29,286 bases of DNA from positions 62,001 to 91,286 of the forward strand of contig JYFJ02001100.1 in assembly GCA_000934665.2 (NCBI GenBank), written 5' to 3'. The notes beneath the pieces are model-generated. The model searched no databases. It worked only from the letters and a program-made list of their open reading frames with translations, and was not told the origin of the DNA. The stretch is from Catajapyx aquilonaris (taxonomy: Eukaryota). A program made the position numbers and the translations under genes. Shown here in pieces: positions 10,785 through 23,879 of the stretch; positions within the stretch are counted from its first letter, which is position 1, and every line of letters begins with the position of its first letter.

Positions 10785-13700
10785 TGATTTAGAATCCGCG
10801 TATATTTCAGCATTTCCAAAATTCAATTTTTATAATAAAGTTATTGAAAGTACGTATTTTTAAACATTCGTTCAGTTCGAGAATTTTTCAAGCTACTTTG
10901 ATTATTTTGTATTAATTGATAGAAAAATTACTTTAGGAATTGATTGAATCAGGTGAAAGCAACATTTCTTAGTGCGGGTGTCACCTGAAGTGCACAAAAA
11001 CGAGTGAAAAATAACGAGGGTGTGGATCTGTCTCGTGCAAATGCGGTCGGATCATGTGGTTGACAAATTTGCTTTTAAAAAAATAGTTCTCCCATGAGAG
11101 ATGGGTGGAGAAGCGAACAGGGTGAAGAAGAAGGAAAAAAACGTAACAAAGTAGTGTAAAAAAAGAGTGGCCGTTCACCCAAACTCAGCAGTTGGCCATT
11201 CTGCCAAGTCGGGTTTGACGTGCTGTGGGCCTGGGTTCGATGACTCTGGGGCCAGCAAGTGAGCGTCTTTCGACTATATTTGGGTGGGTGGAGGAGGCCT
11301 CAGAGGTCGACCACTCTTGTGCCAGCCCGAGAAGACGAAGAAGCAACATTGGTGGTTCCTAAGGTCAACATGGGTTCGCCGCGTGTATGTGGGTTGAACG
11401 GAATCCTAGCAAAAAAATGGCAAAAACCACACCGCCAAATATTGCTTTTATAGTTTTTCGCGAACCGATTTTAGCACCTGGGAGATGTGCTTGGGATGAG
11501 CATACATGATCATGACAAAGCCGACAAACTGCTGGCACACCATATTTGGGGATCCTTCTGGATAAACAGGATCCTCCTCAAGCACTTAGCATGAACCAGC
11601 TGGTTTTAAATTTCAAATCCGATTCCCAGGAACCATTATTTGGGCCTAATCCAACAGGCCATTCTCCGAATGATTTTATGCCTCGTGTGAGGGATATTCC
11701 CAATTTAAGTGTGTTGTTGCAATTTCCAGAAGCTAAAATGCCAAAACGTGATCAGCGAGAAACGGCACTTGCTAAATAGCAATAGCCTAATTCTTCAAAG
11801 CTGGAGCCATAATACCATTATAGGAACCCGAGGATAAATAATGATGGGGCACGGGTGAGAAGCTTAGAAATTGCAACTCTGCATCGGAGGGGTGCTGTAA
11901 AAAGCATGGAGTTATATACTGATTAGTATTCCGGCTGCGAAGAAAAGTCCTCGACTGGAATACCTGAGCATGTGTTTCTAAGAAGCTTCTTCTCTTCGTC
12001 GACTTCTCTCTGCGACTTGCACTTTGTTGAGATCACGACCCGGCCGGATTAATGAGCGGCCGTGACTGCATACTCGCTTGGTAGAGAACATCCCTCCCCA
12101 TTCTTCTCATCTTGGCGTAATCGTGGCATGAGTTGTCACCCGAAGCTCTACTACCCCATAATCTTCCTGGCCATTAGTGGCAACAAAGAACAAGCGGTGA
12201 CACTGGATCCATTCGGCGAAAAGGTCGCGTCATGCACCGTCCAGTAGTCCAATTGAGTTGGACTAAAAATGGCCGCAACCACGTGTTGTCCAATGCACAC
12301 TGTCTTATGCAATAAAATATTTGCCGCCAAATCAGCCTGAAAGTAAGTTAACAAATAAATTTAACAACTGACAGTTCTTTTGTTTTGAAAAAATGGTATG
12401 GATCAAATATGTCGGGAAATAATGAAGTGAACCCCATTTTGTTCCGTCTCATCCGACGTTCGTTTTGTAAGGTGCCAACTCGTAGCCTGAAGTGTTTCAC
12501 GGTCCTTAACACCTACAACCGGGTAGTGTGTATCGTTCATCAGCAGCCAGTTGAGAGGAATAGAGCACCCAGAAGGCAATCAAAGGATCGTGACCAAACC
12601 TAGACCAGCAAAAAAGGAAGGTTGCAATTACCAGCTAATTATAATCCTGCAGGGAACCAAACAGGCACTTCATTTAAGGAAAAAAAAAGTCTTTCACCCG
12701 GTGCAGAATTACTCAATTTGAAATCGATGTGCTGGAAGGCGCAGCTTTTGATTCTTATCTTAAGCGGTTATGGCTAGTGAGGATGACGAGGAAGGAAGGA
12801 AGGAAGTAGAGGTCCTATGAGTTTTGGAGGGGGTGCCAAGATTGTCCCTCCCCCACCCTTCTGCCAGAGAGAAGAGATCCATGTCGTGATCTTAGGCGCA
12901 AAAACGTGTGAAGAGGGAGGGTTGACAGAACATGCCACGGACTACCCATCCCCCTGAGGTCATTTACTTCTTTTACCTAAAAAAAATTTTTTTTCACTCC
13001 TCCGCGTGTCGACTTCCCCCCCTCCCCCCTTAAAAACACCACGTTGATTCCTGGGATTATTCACATTGGAAGGGGACATTTTACAATTTGGAGTTATATC
13101 TTAGTGGGGAAATAATATAGTTTTTAAAAATATTTAGGGGGTATTTCGTGCGGGGTAGTAAACCTAGGGGTAAACGACCAAATGAATCGTTGAAGGGTAA
13201 TTCGTGCTTCACCTTTTCGACCTTTGCAATGCCGTCGGGTTGCAGGTACTATTAAAGAATTGATGTTGCACCTGTTGCGTTAATTGCTGTGTTGTAACAC
13301 AGGCTAATTGCGTAGCAAGTAACACGGAACAAGTATTCATTGCCACATATTTTGGTGCGATATAGCATGCGAATGAACACATTTTAACATGAGGTATGTT
13401 GTTTGATGCGACACATAATAATATATGAATATTTATTTGCAACGATAGGGTATAGACATTATTCTTTGAGGAGAGGTCAGTATCATCTCAGGCATCGATT
13501 TCAACAGACTGCAAAAAATGAAGGATGCCAGAAAACTTGGACCACATTTCATACCTTGCAAAAAAATGGAGGTTATTGTACCGAAGTGTATCCACACCCC
13601 TGAATCTGGGTGTAAAAATCGGTCGAATATGAAAAAGCGGCTGGGAAGCTGAAAAGAAAAACGGAGGATCAATGGTCTCCGGAGAGGATTTATGGTCACG

Positions 13701-15013
13701 GCAACGCGTCAGCCCTTTGATGCCCCTAAAGTCACGCCTATTTCCACTCGAATCTTCAATTTTCGAAAAATTTTCTGAGGGACCTCAAAAAACCGTGAAA
13801 CTCGACCACTGGAATGAGCTCAACTCTTCAGAAAAAGTATTAGGTAACAATATTGGATTTTTGATATACAGTAATATTCTTGGGTTCTCTTCATGCTCGC
13901 GCCGTTTTTCTCCGGATTTTCCGTATTCTTGCGACTCTTAAATTTTCCTACCATTTATTTATTCATTTATTGTGGAGGATTTGCAAGAATAACATATTTA
14001 CGTTACACGATACCTGTATAGCAAACTTATTAAGTTCTTTCACCCTTGCAGAAAATCAAGGCTATACCCATGGAATTTTTGTATCTAATACAACGTGATT
14101 GGCAGCTTATTCATAGAATGCTGCAAGTTGCAAAAATTTCCCAGACTTACTCGGAACAACTGAATTGTTCTGATCATCAGCGGAAGTCGAGTGGAGGACA
14201 CGTCATGTTGCAAAAAAAGGTGCAGGAAATTCGCAGAATGTTTGTTACATAATACCTTTGCAATAACTGTCCTCGAGCACGGAACCAATGAGCAAGTGCA
14301 ATAATGTCCAGTCTTCCGAATCGGACAATCATGTCATCATGTCGTTGATTTTTACTCGCGTTTCTGCCAACTTTTTTGAGGACCGGGGAATGTACCGTAA
14401 GGGACAAAATAATTACGTTTCTGCATCATTAGCGTCGACTCGTTTTTTTAACTCCCGGGTATGACCTCTATACAGTGCATTACTGATCTGATAGATTACA
14501 TGTTGCAGCTCCACCCTGCCGAGTGACCCATTAATTACGTGCTACATGAAATCCAGTTTACCACCAGGGTAATGGAACCGAGCTTACGACAATCGCAAAT
14601 GATTGATTCGCGCATACTAGTTTTGCAGATCCGCTTGAGAGTAGTGTGCTGGCACACATGGCACACATAAAACGTCAATCAGTCGATGGGATTAACCATT
14701 ATTTGATTGTGGTTATCCCCATCTGATGGGACCTGGATTGAACCATATAGGTGTAACGGGAACGAAAGTTAAGTTCTGGTTTGCGGCAGGGCTGTAATCA
14801 GCTTTTGATGGATAAATTCCTAGAAAGACCTAACCCTTGATTGATGAAGCAGACCGCTACTTTAAATTTTTTTTTGAACGTAGACGATTGTTGTCATTTA
14901 CGTTCGATTGACCCAGTCCAAGTCCAAGGTCGTAAATCATACACCCGGTTTGTTAGTTTAATACAGTCCACAAAGTACAGGGTAGGTCAACAAGCTGAAG
15001 CTCCAATCAGTTA

Positions 15014-15254
15014 CACTCTACTCCCAATTATCCGGGCTAATGGCTGCAAGGGAGTCGCAGGATAATCGGAAAACATGGATAATCGGGAAATGGCCCTAGA
15101 TACAGTTGTAGTGAGGTATTCACAGGTTTTAAATGAACGACTGTATATACATACTCTATTCTGCTTTAAATAAGATTTAATCAAAATTAGAAAAAATAGG
15201 TTATTTCTGTATATCATGGTGGTTTTCGTTTGTCTTCTGGGAAAGTCTGTTATA
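15014..15254. mobile_element. Second, truncated copy (left end only) of the same Tc1/pogo-like MITE
   Basis: TA + CACTCTACTCCCAATTATCCGGGCTAATGGCTGCA...AAATGGCCCTAGATAC...TAAGATTTAATCAAAATTAGAAAAA...GTTTGTCTTCTGG aligns colinearly with 15257-15625; no right TIR of its own. Confidence 0.75.
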
Positions 15255-15256
15255 TA

Positions 15257-15747
15257 CACTGTACTCCAGATTATCCGGGCTAATGGCTGCACGGGTGTCG
15301 CCGGATAATTGGAAAACACAGACAATCGGAAAATGGCCCTAGATACCGTAAAATTATGGTAAAATTAGTTATGCACAGGTTTTATATGAACCACGGTATT
15401 TCTTTAACCCTGTAATGCCCACTGGGTCATATCTGGCACACCATTTAGTGCAATTTGGCACTTACAAGAAATATATAAATTGCAAAAGTTGAAAAAATTG
15501 CACTAAATGGTGTGCCAGATATGACCCAGTGGGCATTACTTAGATTAGTGGGCATTACAGGGTAAGATTTAATCAAAATTAGAAAAATTTCCATAAATTT
15601 TTAGTTTGTCTTCTGGAAAAATTCTGTATACCGTATTTCTTTGTTTACGAAAAAAAAATCAGATTTTTGTGACTTTTTTTTGTTTTAGCCATGCACGGAT
15701 TATCCGAAACACGGATAATCAGCACCCGGATAATCGGGAGTACAGTG
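15257..15747. mobile_element. Tc1/mariner-superfamily (pogo/Tigger-like) MITE
   Basis: TA-flanked TIRs CACTGTACTCCAGATTATCCGGG ... CCCGGATAATCGGGAGTACAGTG (22/23 match); sub-terminal GGATAATCG repeats. Confidence 0.8.
15408..15562. mobile_element. piggyBac-like fold-back MITE nested in the Tc1/pogo MITE
   Basis: TTAA|CCCTGTAATGCCCAC...GTGGGCATTACAGGG|TAA; about 45-bp perfect inverted arms (GTAATGCCCACTGGGTCATATCTGGCACACCATTTAGTGCAATTT); absent from the sister copy at 15014-15254. The right TSD is imperfect. Confidence 0.7.
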
Positions 15748-15772
15748 TATTTGTAGCAGTTAGAGGCGTTTT

Positions 15773-15822
15773 TGGCCGTCAATGGCCGTTATTGTCCGTT
15801 AATGACCGTTATTAGCCGTTAT
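15773..15822. repeat. Five 10-bp tandem units with CCGT(T/C)A core
   Basis: tggccgtcaa tggccgttat tgtccgttaa tgaccgttat tagccgttat. Confidence 0.85.
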
Positions 15823-17624
15823 TACTGCCACATCCGTATAAATGGACAAACATCCAAACAAACGTTGTCGTTTACTTATATAGATTCTTTCGCATGTCGA
15901 ATGATGGTATCGCCCGCTGGTTGTGTGAGTAACTTTTAGGTCGACTAACCCATTTCCGTTGCGAGCTACCTCATTCCGCGCTGCAAAATGCCCAACCACC
16001 GCCCTCTTTTCAACACTGCGGACCTGTGTTTTCCTTACCAGCAAAAGGCTGGTTAGCCATAGAAGAAGAAAAAAGAAGGTGAGAAAATTTAGGGCGTGGG
16101 AAGCGCCTAGAGCACCATGCACCGGGATGAAAGAGAATTTTTCCCATTCCGAAAAAAAGTGGGGGAATTCATAAAGCCAAAATTACAGGTGGCCAGATTT
16201 TCCATTTTCCTCTGAAAAGGCTAGAAAATGAATGGATTGTTGTGGTTGAGCCCGTAAACAATGCGCTGGTGCCCCACAGATCCACTTTAAACCGCAACAA
16301 TATTGGATTGATAATATTGACATGTCCTTTCATTTACTTTCCCTGCTCGTCGTACTGATAGGGTCTGTCGGCATTTTGACAATCCGTTATGCCTTCCATG
16401 GTCGGATGACATTGTTTCAATGTGCCTACAATCATCTCATGGGCGTGCCTTGCTCTTTTTTTCCATTCTTATCATTAGTCCAGACGTATTGGCCTTCTCT
16501 GTCGAGCAGGTAGCTGTTCTTTTAATGATGATGAGGACTAGACGACATTCTCACGAAACCCAAAAAATTCGAGTATACGCACGGTGTACCCTAGCGGTCA
16601 ACAGCAGTTTCCCCGAAAAAAAAGTGTTATCGAGCTGTGTATAAAGTGAGATAGGACCGGATTGTTATAACCGTATAGAGCATGTGAGCATCCGCTGCAA
16701 AGAGCCCCGTTCGATGGCGCCTCCTCCTTTTTCCCTTATGACATCACCGTGTCCATGGTAGCGGAGCTGAACAGCTGAGGTGTGTAAGAAAAAGGGTTGG
16801 TTGTACGTGCTGCAGTTGTGGGCCAGCACTGGTCGGAGAAGGAAGGTTTCCACCTGCTCTCTCCTCAAGAAAAGGAAGAAGGAGGCTGGCACACAACGGC
16901 CTCCTTCTGAAGATGGCAACAATGGTGTATGTGAGCTTCCTGTGACGTGTTGTGTTGTGCGGTGTGAAAGTGTGTTCCACTTTGTGTGTCAAAACAAACG
17001 TGGCGTAACCGTTGGACGTAGGCGTAGGCCTATGCGTTGGTGTAGCATAGAATGCGATCAAAATTTGTTTTAAAATTAACCAGCCAAAAATGGTTTACAG
17101 GACGGTTGGAAGCTTACGCAATTTTTTTCTTCCACAACGCGCGTGTAGTCCAAGGTAAATTCACCGAAAGAAAAGAAACACCGAAAGAGAAACACTAGTA
17201 GGACAGGATACGAGCCTAACCTTGGCACGGATTCGACGTTTTGGGTCCTTTCATTTCGGAGGTGTGTTTAAAAATTGGCAATGCTTGAGGAAGAATCAAA
17301 CGGTCTTCCTCGTACTAAAAGGTTACTTGTCCCTCATACGTAACATACTATAGGTGCATACACGTTTACCTTGCAGAAAATTGCAATGGTCCATAAGTGA
17401 GACTGAGATGAACGCCCTTTCACTTTTCGTGCTGCCATAGTGTGACACATTTCTTGCGCAATTTTGTAAGACCACTTTATCACCTTCATCTACAACACCA
17501 GGTACAAAAAAATGTTGGAAAAAATGGTAAGAGCAGGTGTCTGTCGGATTTTGCCACGACTGACTGGGAATGAGTAATGGCCGGAAGGGTGGAAGTGCCT
17601 TTCTTTACTCGTGCAAGACTACCT

Positions 17625-17920
17625 TCTTCTTCTACTTTAACTCTTCTTCTTCTTCTTCTTTGGGGCTTCGATTTCCAGTGGTGAACCTCATCTTAGCTAT
17701 GCTGGGCACCGTTCATTGGTTTTCACTTCAGTGACCGGTGAGGGGCCATTCGACATGCACTCGGGGATTTTATGCTTGTCAGAATATTCTTTGCGACTTC
17801 CCAACACGTCTTCACTTGGGAGGGCTTGGCGTGTTTGGTCGAGCAGGGATTGGTTTTTATGGCAAGAAAAAATAGGTTCATACGGACAGGTCGTTGTTGT
17901 CGTTGGTTTTCTAAAAATTT
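17625..17920 (-). mobile_element. Possible 3' end of a non-LTR retroelement with (GAA)n tail
   Basis: (TTC)n tracts at 17624-17660 abut a higher-GC unique segment, the geometry of a minus-strand LINE/SINE tail; no diagnostic protein motif. Confidence 0.3.
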
Positions 17921-19281
17921 AGCAACATGGATTTTGTGTCTGTTGCTATATTGAGTCGATGATGTCTTGCAGTATAAAATGTCCTCTGGTGTAGTGCAGG
18001 TCTAGTTGGCCTTGTGCGACTGTGCGTGCTATGAAACCGCCAGCAATAAATTTGTGTAAACATAAGTTATTCGCAATATATTCAGCTCAGAATAGCAGTG
18101 ACGTCACAAAGCGCAACAATGACTGTCAAAATATACACGCCTGTCAAAGGTTTGCGAGAGAAATATTGCCACATAATACACCCTCGTAGAGGACTAGTTC
18201 ATAATAATTGATACACGTGGTCTATACTCGTAATTATACCTCATAGCTGAATACATTATTGTTGAACATTGCAGGCTACACAACTCTTTATTAAATCTCT
18301 GATATTTGAATCAGTATTGTGCATAAAATTCGGTGTAACGCCTAAATAATTCTACATAAACTAGCACAAACCAACAGCAAAGATCAAGAAAATAAATAAA
18401 ATTAGCCAAGCAAATAAACTCGTAAAGTCACAATAGAGACATTTAAAATATATAAATTAATAAAGATAATAAATAAATAAAATCCAGAAAACAGAAATGA
18501 TATCATTTTGCTATAAATATCTAACGATTCGAAATAATATATTTGAGACATAAAATGCAAAGTTAAAATGTGCAAATTGGCAACTCGCACGGCCATATGA
18601 ACCTTGGTGACATTATTTTCTGACCACCTAATGAAAGTGATATCATTAGATCATACTCCCCGACAGTGTTGCCTGAGGCAGTCTTACGAACATTCTAACT
18701 ATAAACGGGCAAGGAAATTTTTGCGCAAGCCACACCGATAAAAGGACCTTGAAGCACTACTTGTTCCTGCCCAAGAGGTGTACAACAAGTCGAAGGTAAA
18801 AGTTGCCCTCGGCCATCTTGGAAGCGTGCTCAAGGGAAACTGGTGTTGTACCAGATTGCTATGATCTATCTGCTACAACCGTAACGGGTTTTAACATGAG
18901 TCTGACAACCACTCTTTGTTGTTTCATTTGTGCAGTAAGAGGCATTTTTGTCCGGTTCCCTACCGGTTCGTGATCATGTGAAGGATATGCTTTTTTTTAC
19001 GTCATCGATGAGAACTGTAAAACAACTAATATAGTTTTTTTTTATCGCGCAGCTGCTGAGAAGCGTAACGGGACATCTCATCGCTGAGTCCAGAATACTT
19101 TTCTGTAAAGTTGTGTAATTGGCCTGAGAATTGTCTGGCGGCGGTGAGGAAGGTCGCAGCCTCGTGGGTATATGCAACAACAACAACAATAAGAAGGGAA
19201 ATAAAACGGTTATAAAAATGGGGGCTTCGAGGCGGGGCTTCGGTTATTAGGCAAAAAAGTAGGTCGAATACCGATTGCACA

Positions 19282-19317
19282 TATAACCGCTTTTACATAT
19301 ATGTAAAAGCGGTTATA
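19282..19317. repeat. Perfect 36-bp palindrome
   Basis: TATAACCGCTTTTACATA|TATGTAAAAGCGGTTATA. Confidence 0.9.
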
Positions 19318-21375
19318 GTCTTAGGCGTGTTAGGAGAAAGTGAGGTTGGCCATAGACCATTCAAGGTTGACAATTTGTAGGCTGTGCAATCGAGGTCTTT
19401 GTAGCATGCGGGTCTTTTCCTCGTAGGCACGCTTCCTGGTAAAGGCGTCATGTGAAGAAGGTTTACGTGACTAACAGGAGCATTTACTTTACGCTACGTT
19501 TGCAACATATCATTACAATACGGCAGGAATTAATTATTGGCATAACCGAAGAGGAATTCAGAAGAGAATTTGGATGGAAAAAAGTTGCCGGCCTTGTAAT
19601 ATTAAATTCGTCCATGTCAGGCATGTGAAAGAGAGTTCAAAAACCTGCGAGTAAAATAAGCTGATCCGAGAAGAATTCAGAAACGTTGTCTAACTTCAAA
19701 CACGTCGTTTAAACCTGATGATAATGAAAAAAATGAATCAATCCAGTGATGCAAAACATGCATTCGATTTTTTTTGTAATTAATTAATTAAAAGGAAAAT
19801 ACCGGAACTGCATAGTGTTCATACGAACATACGCTCCAACACCTGAGACGGTTTTTGACTTTATTCGAGCCGTTTAACACTATGACGTCAGTTATTTCAA
19901 CCGTCAAAAATTGGGGTTAGCTGATGTCAACGAGACTAAACGGCGCGTATAAAAGTGTAGTAGACAACATCTCAAAATTGCTCACAATTCAGCACCGGAA
20001 TGTCGACCAACCTCGGCTGGAGTATTATTCAATCCTTGACAATAATGTGTTTGTCCAATGTGTGTGCAGTGCACTTAACGCCTTTCCTTAAGCAGCCAGC
20101 AGCATTAGCCAGAAGGAAGCATTTTCTTGTCCCGCCCTTCCGATTGTGGCCATGAAACTGTGTAAGTGAGGCCTTTAGAGACCAGCCAAGCGAGTCCTGC
20201 AAATATCTCACGAGTAGCCACCAAAAATCAACATTTGCCTGGTTAAACATTCAACCAAGTTTAAGATCAGCAAAAAACGTCATAACTCTCGAGTGACATT
20301 TTTGCGACTTTAATCAATTCAGTTTTTGCCCACCTGTCTCAAGATCTTTTTCGTGGGCCCAAGGACATCATGTCCACCAACCCTTACAAGGTCGCAACTG
20401 CCAGATTGGCTGACTTGAAAAGTTTCACTCATTATAATGACCGTTGGACTTTTCGCCGAAAAAATGACCTTCGCAAATTTTTTAAAGGTGTCCAAGTTGC
20501 ATACTGTAAGTAGGTTGCGACCAACAAAGAACTGGGGCTTGAAACTGCTTGATTGGACACGATCCAACAGGTTCATCTGCACGACATTCTGATATAGGCT
20601 TCGAATCGACACAAAGAATGCTGCGGTTGGCTTCCCATATCTTTTCGGCCAGGTTATTGGGCCAAAGGGATGGACACATCATCGAAAAGGACCTTGCACA
20701 CTCTTCGATCTTGTTTTTTTGCACCAATTTCCGTCCAGCCATATAACGACCCATTCGTGCGTTTCGTTGCCAGTCACCAACCAAAATGTGAACGACCGCA
20801 TTTGCTTCGGATTCATTTTCCAGGCAGAATATTCGCATATGCAAACATTAAGCAATTGCTCCAAAAATTGCAATTAGGCTGATATTTCATCATTTTTAAA
20901 CACCTTGATTCAACAATTCCAGCTGAAGACAACATATTGTTGAGACGTTACTGTATTTTCAGTGAGTGCGTGATACTCGTTAATTTGGATTACCTGAGGT
21001 AGGTCGGGTAACACAATGGCTTTGCACATGTTGATTAGGGAGCAGCATATGAACAGTTATCCTGTCAAATGCCAGCCAAGTAGTGTATGTGGGAGTTTTC
21101 TTTCCAAAAGACCGGATCTCTAATAGGTGCTGCTTCTGACAGATTCATTGACCTCCGTGACCCGTTATGGGGGTCTCGGATATACCGTTTTCACACCTGA
21201 ATCGAGAGGGAAAGGAGTCGTTCAATGGCAAAAAAAGTCAACAATCAGACGCCCTTGTTACATACACTTTACCATGTAGAAAGTGGACCAGATGTGTGAT
21301 ATTACTGCATGTCACGTGTAATTTGTTCTAGTTTTTTTTGCGATACGTTGATAAGTATTTCCTTTTTCTTTCCAG

Positions 21376-21437
21376 GCCATCACGCAAAATGTGAGGCTGA
21401 CTGATCAACCCTGTGCTGGATAGTCCACGGTAAAAAC
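21376..21437 (+). other. Candidate non-coding 5'UTR exon of the pot-like gene
   Basis: Strong acceptor ttttcctttttctttccag (AG 21374-75) and donor aac|gtaagt (21438). Splicing to 23880 gives AAAAAC-ATGG, a favourable arthropod start context. The ATG at 23880 directly follows an acceptor, so an upstream exon is needed. Confidence 0.55.
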
Positions 21438-23879
21438 GTAAGTTGGAAACAGTACTTTGCACATTTTTCCGTTTTTTTTAACGCGGTTCACACGTGACAG
21501 GAACAGTGAGCATTCGGTAGAAAAGGATTAAAGCGTGTCCTGTCAGGAAACGTCGTGCGTTTTAAAGTTTAGTCAGGCGTTGTCGACCGTTTTTTTTGTT
21601 GTAAAGAAGTTTTTGTGAATAGTTTGGACCTTGATTCCTCAAATGGTATTGAGAAATTTTCACATGCCATCAAAGAGCTAATTTCAGTATCCGAAGGTTT
21701 TTCAGGTTTTTTTCCAAACATTTTTCCTGGAAGAAAAAGGGTATCAAGGTCGCCTGTGCAGAAGAGCCTTACATAAAGCGATTTGCTTGCTTGCTTACCT
21801 TCACATCTCATATGATGGGGCTTCCTCAACTTCCGCCAGTGTTCCGTTACCTAAATTGCCCCTACTGCTACACATATATGACAAGATGTGACTTTATCAA
21901 CGAGACGCGGAAGAGCCAGTAATTACTCAGGAGACAAACGGAACATTTGCATATCATCTCCTCAGCAAGGACTCTCACAGTAGATAAACGCTCTTCCTGG
22001 ATAGTAATTGCCGAGTGTGGCCTGAAGCGCCTGCTAGTACCTATTCACATATTGAAATTGTTAATCGGGGGGTTTGGTCGGCGCCCTTGATGCTCAGCAG
22101 GTGCTTTTCCCATTCGCTAGTTGCAATCTCTTCAACAATTCCTGGGCTGCAATGGAGCGTTAGGGAAGTTGCCAAACCGTAAAATTACTTTTTACTGTCG
22201 CAATGGGGGGGTTCTAATTTGTCGTCGGGCTCTTGCCAAGAAATGTTGCCTGTTAGGGGTCAAGCCGGCGGTCATGTGTTGGGAGAAAACAGGAAAAATT
22301 GACACGGACAGGTGGCGGTCGTAAAGCATGCAGACAGAGGAATGCTATATGGTACGGCCGAAAATAATATTGCGGGGCATTGTAAAGACTGGTTTTATGG
22401 CCTGGAATAGACAACTTCCTGCAGCATCCTAGAAAAACTAGAAACCGAAATTAGGCAACAGGTGTCCCCCAGTCAGCACGCGAAAGTAATTGTCACGTTG
22501 GATTTATTGCCTATAAAACCCATTTTTCACCATTTCTTTTCGTTTGTCTAGTTTTGCAAGGCCCTAGGTGACATTAAAGCAATTAGTATTCTTTCATTCG
22601 CGGCAGTCATGCAATGTTATGGCTGCAAATATCACGGTTGTAGGAAGGCAGCATAGCGGGGTCGTCCATGCTGGTGCCCACGTCTTCTGGACTTGTGACC
22701 TTGCGGGTTTTTCGCAGTGGAATTAGAGTGGGTGGGATGAGAAGAGGGAGGACGAGTCCTGTTATTTTGCACAACCAGTGACAAGTCTGACGTAATGGTC
22801 CGTAGATAATAATTTATTTTATTTACAACACACTAATGCTCCAAAACTATTATTAAGTGCAAAACAGCTACATGCAAGTGCGAATAAAATTATAGTGCAG
22901 AATGGTTAATACCGTCTACTCGAGTACAAAATTTCTAAAATGATTTCAGACATTTTGGCAAAAACTTCCAACATTTTATGATACAAGGAAACCGACTAGG
23001 ATTTGGAGAAAGAACATTGTAAATTGAATATAAAAACCCGCACATATTAATTTGTCTGATTATCCGTTGGTGGTGAATTGTCTTAGAATGTGGGATGATC
23101 TTCAAGTATGTGATGATTCCCAGCTGTAATAACTGCCCACTCAGTGTCAGCCCACCACCACAAGACCAGAAAGGAAATACCGCAATGGGAATGGAACTTC
23201 CTGCTGCGTCTGAACCGCGCCATTCTGCAATACCTGGTCGTAAAATTAACTAAGCAGAAACCTATGAATAAAATTTATAGGTCATGCCCGTTTTCTCTCT
23301 TCACAGAGAGAGCGATGGTAATCAGTGTTTGCCTTTTGTGTTCATGGTGCGCACGCTTATTATATTTTTACTGGTGGTAGGTCATCCTGTTTTATTATTG
23401 TTATTATACGTATTATGGAAGCGTTTTGCATGGAAAAGTGTGATGACCTTTTAGCACTTTCCAGCATACAAGTTTGGGCAATTTCCCCATTTGAAAATGG
23501 CATGATGATAACGGTTTAGGTTAGGCGGGCATTTAGGTCGGAATTCAGAAAGGTATAGTTTAACTTTAAAATTAGAGCTTATGCGCTGAATATAAAGAAC
23601 CCGACTATTGCGACCTAACTGTGAAGGGCAGAATTTTGGCACAGTTAGCTTGGCCAATGTATGGAGTCCAAATGCACTGGTTTTCTGGTGGTTAAACTTG
23701 AACGACAACTATCAGTGTTGATCGTTATGACCTGCAGTTTTGGCTGATTTTATGGAATTTCGTCCATCCGGAAAGAGCTTCCAATTTTCCTGGCGCTATA
23801 TAGTCAAACACTGTTACTAGTGTACAGGGTGAGTCTGCAACATTTGAACTCGCTTACAAAATTTTGTTTTCATTTCCAG

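Noticed and set aside
11180..11400. GGTTCGA B-box-like motif suggesting a tRNA or SINE
   Set aside because: No cloverleaf and no clear A box; at most an unclassifiable SINE relic.
14685..14730. Imperfect hairpin (12 of 14 bp) as a pre-miRNA candidate
   Set aside because: Stem too short and no recognisable mature miRNA.
20029..20882. Cluster of 64-120 aa ORFs on both strands, coding-like composition
   Set aside because: No recognisable motif in the frames I read. It may be a decayed transposon; a translated search against TE libraries would decide.
3759..23516. Scattered single CCGTTA/TAACGG sites as Svb enrichment
   Set aside because: About 15 dispersed copies is roughly what chance gives for a 6-mer in 29 kb; only the 15773-15822 cluster stands out.
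23516..23548. TTAGG telomere-like units
   Set aside because: Only two adjacent copies plus one nearby; too short to be an interstitial telomeric array.
23820..23879. N-terminal extension of ORF 23820-24404, and similar extensions at 24289, 24768, 25454 and 26863
   Set aside because: Intronic sequence upstream of clear acceptors; the signal peptide starts at ATG 23880.
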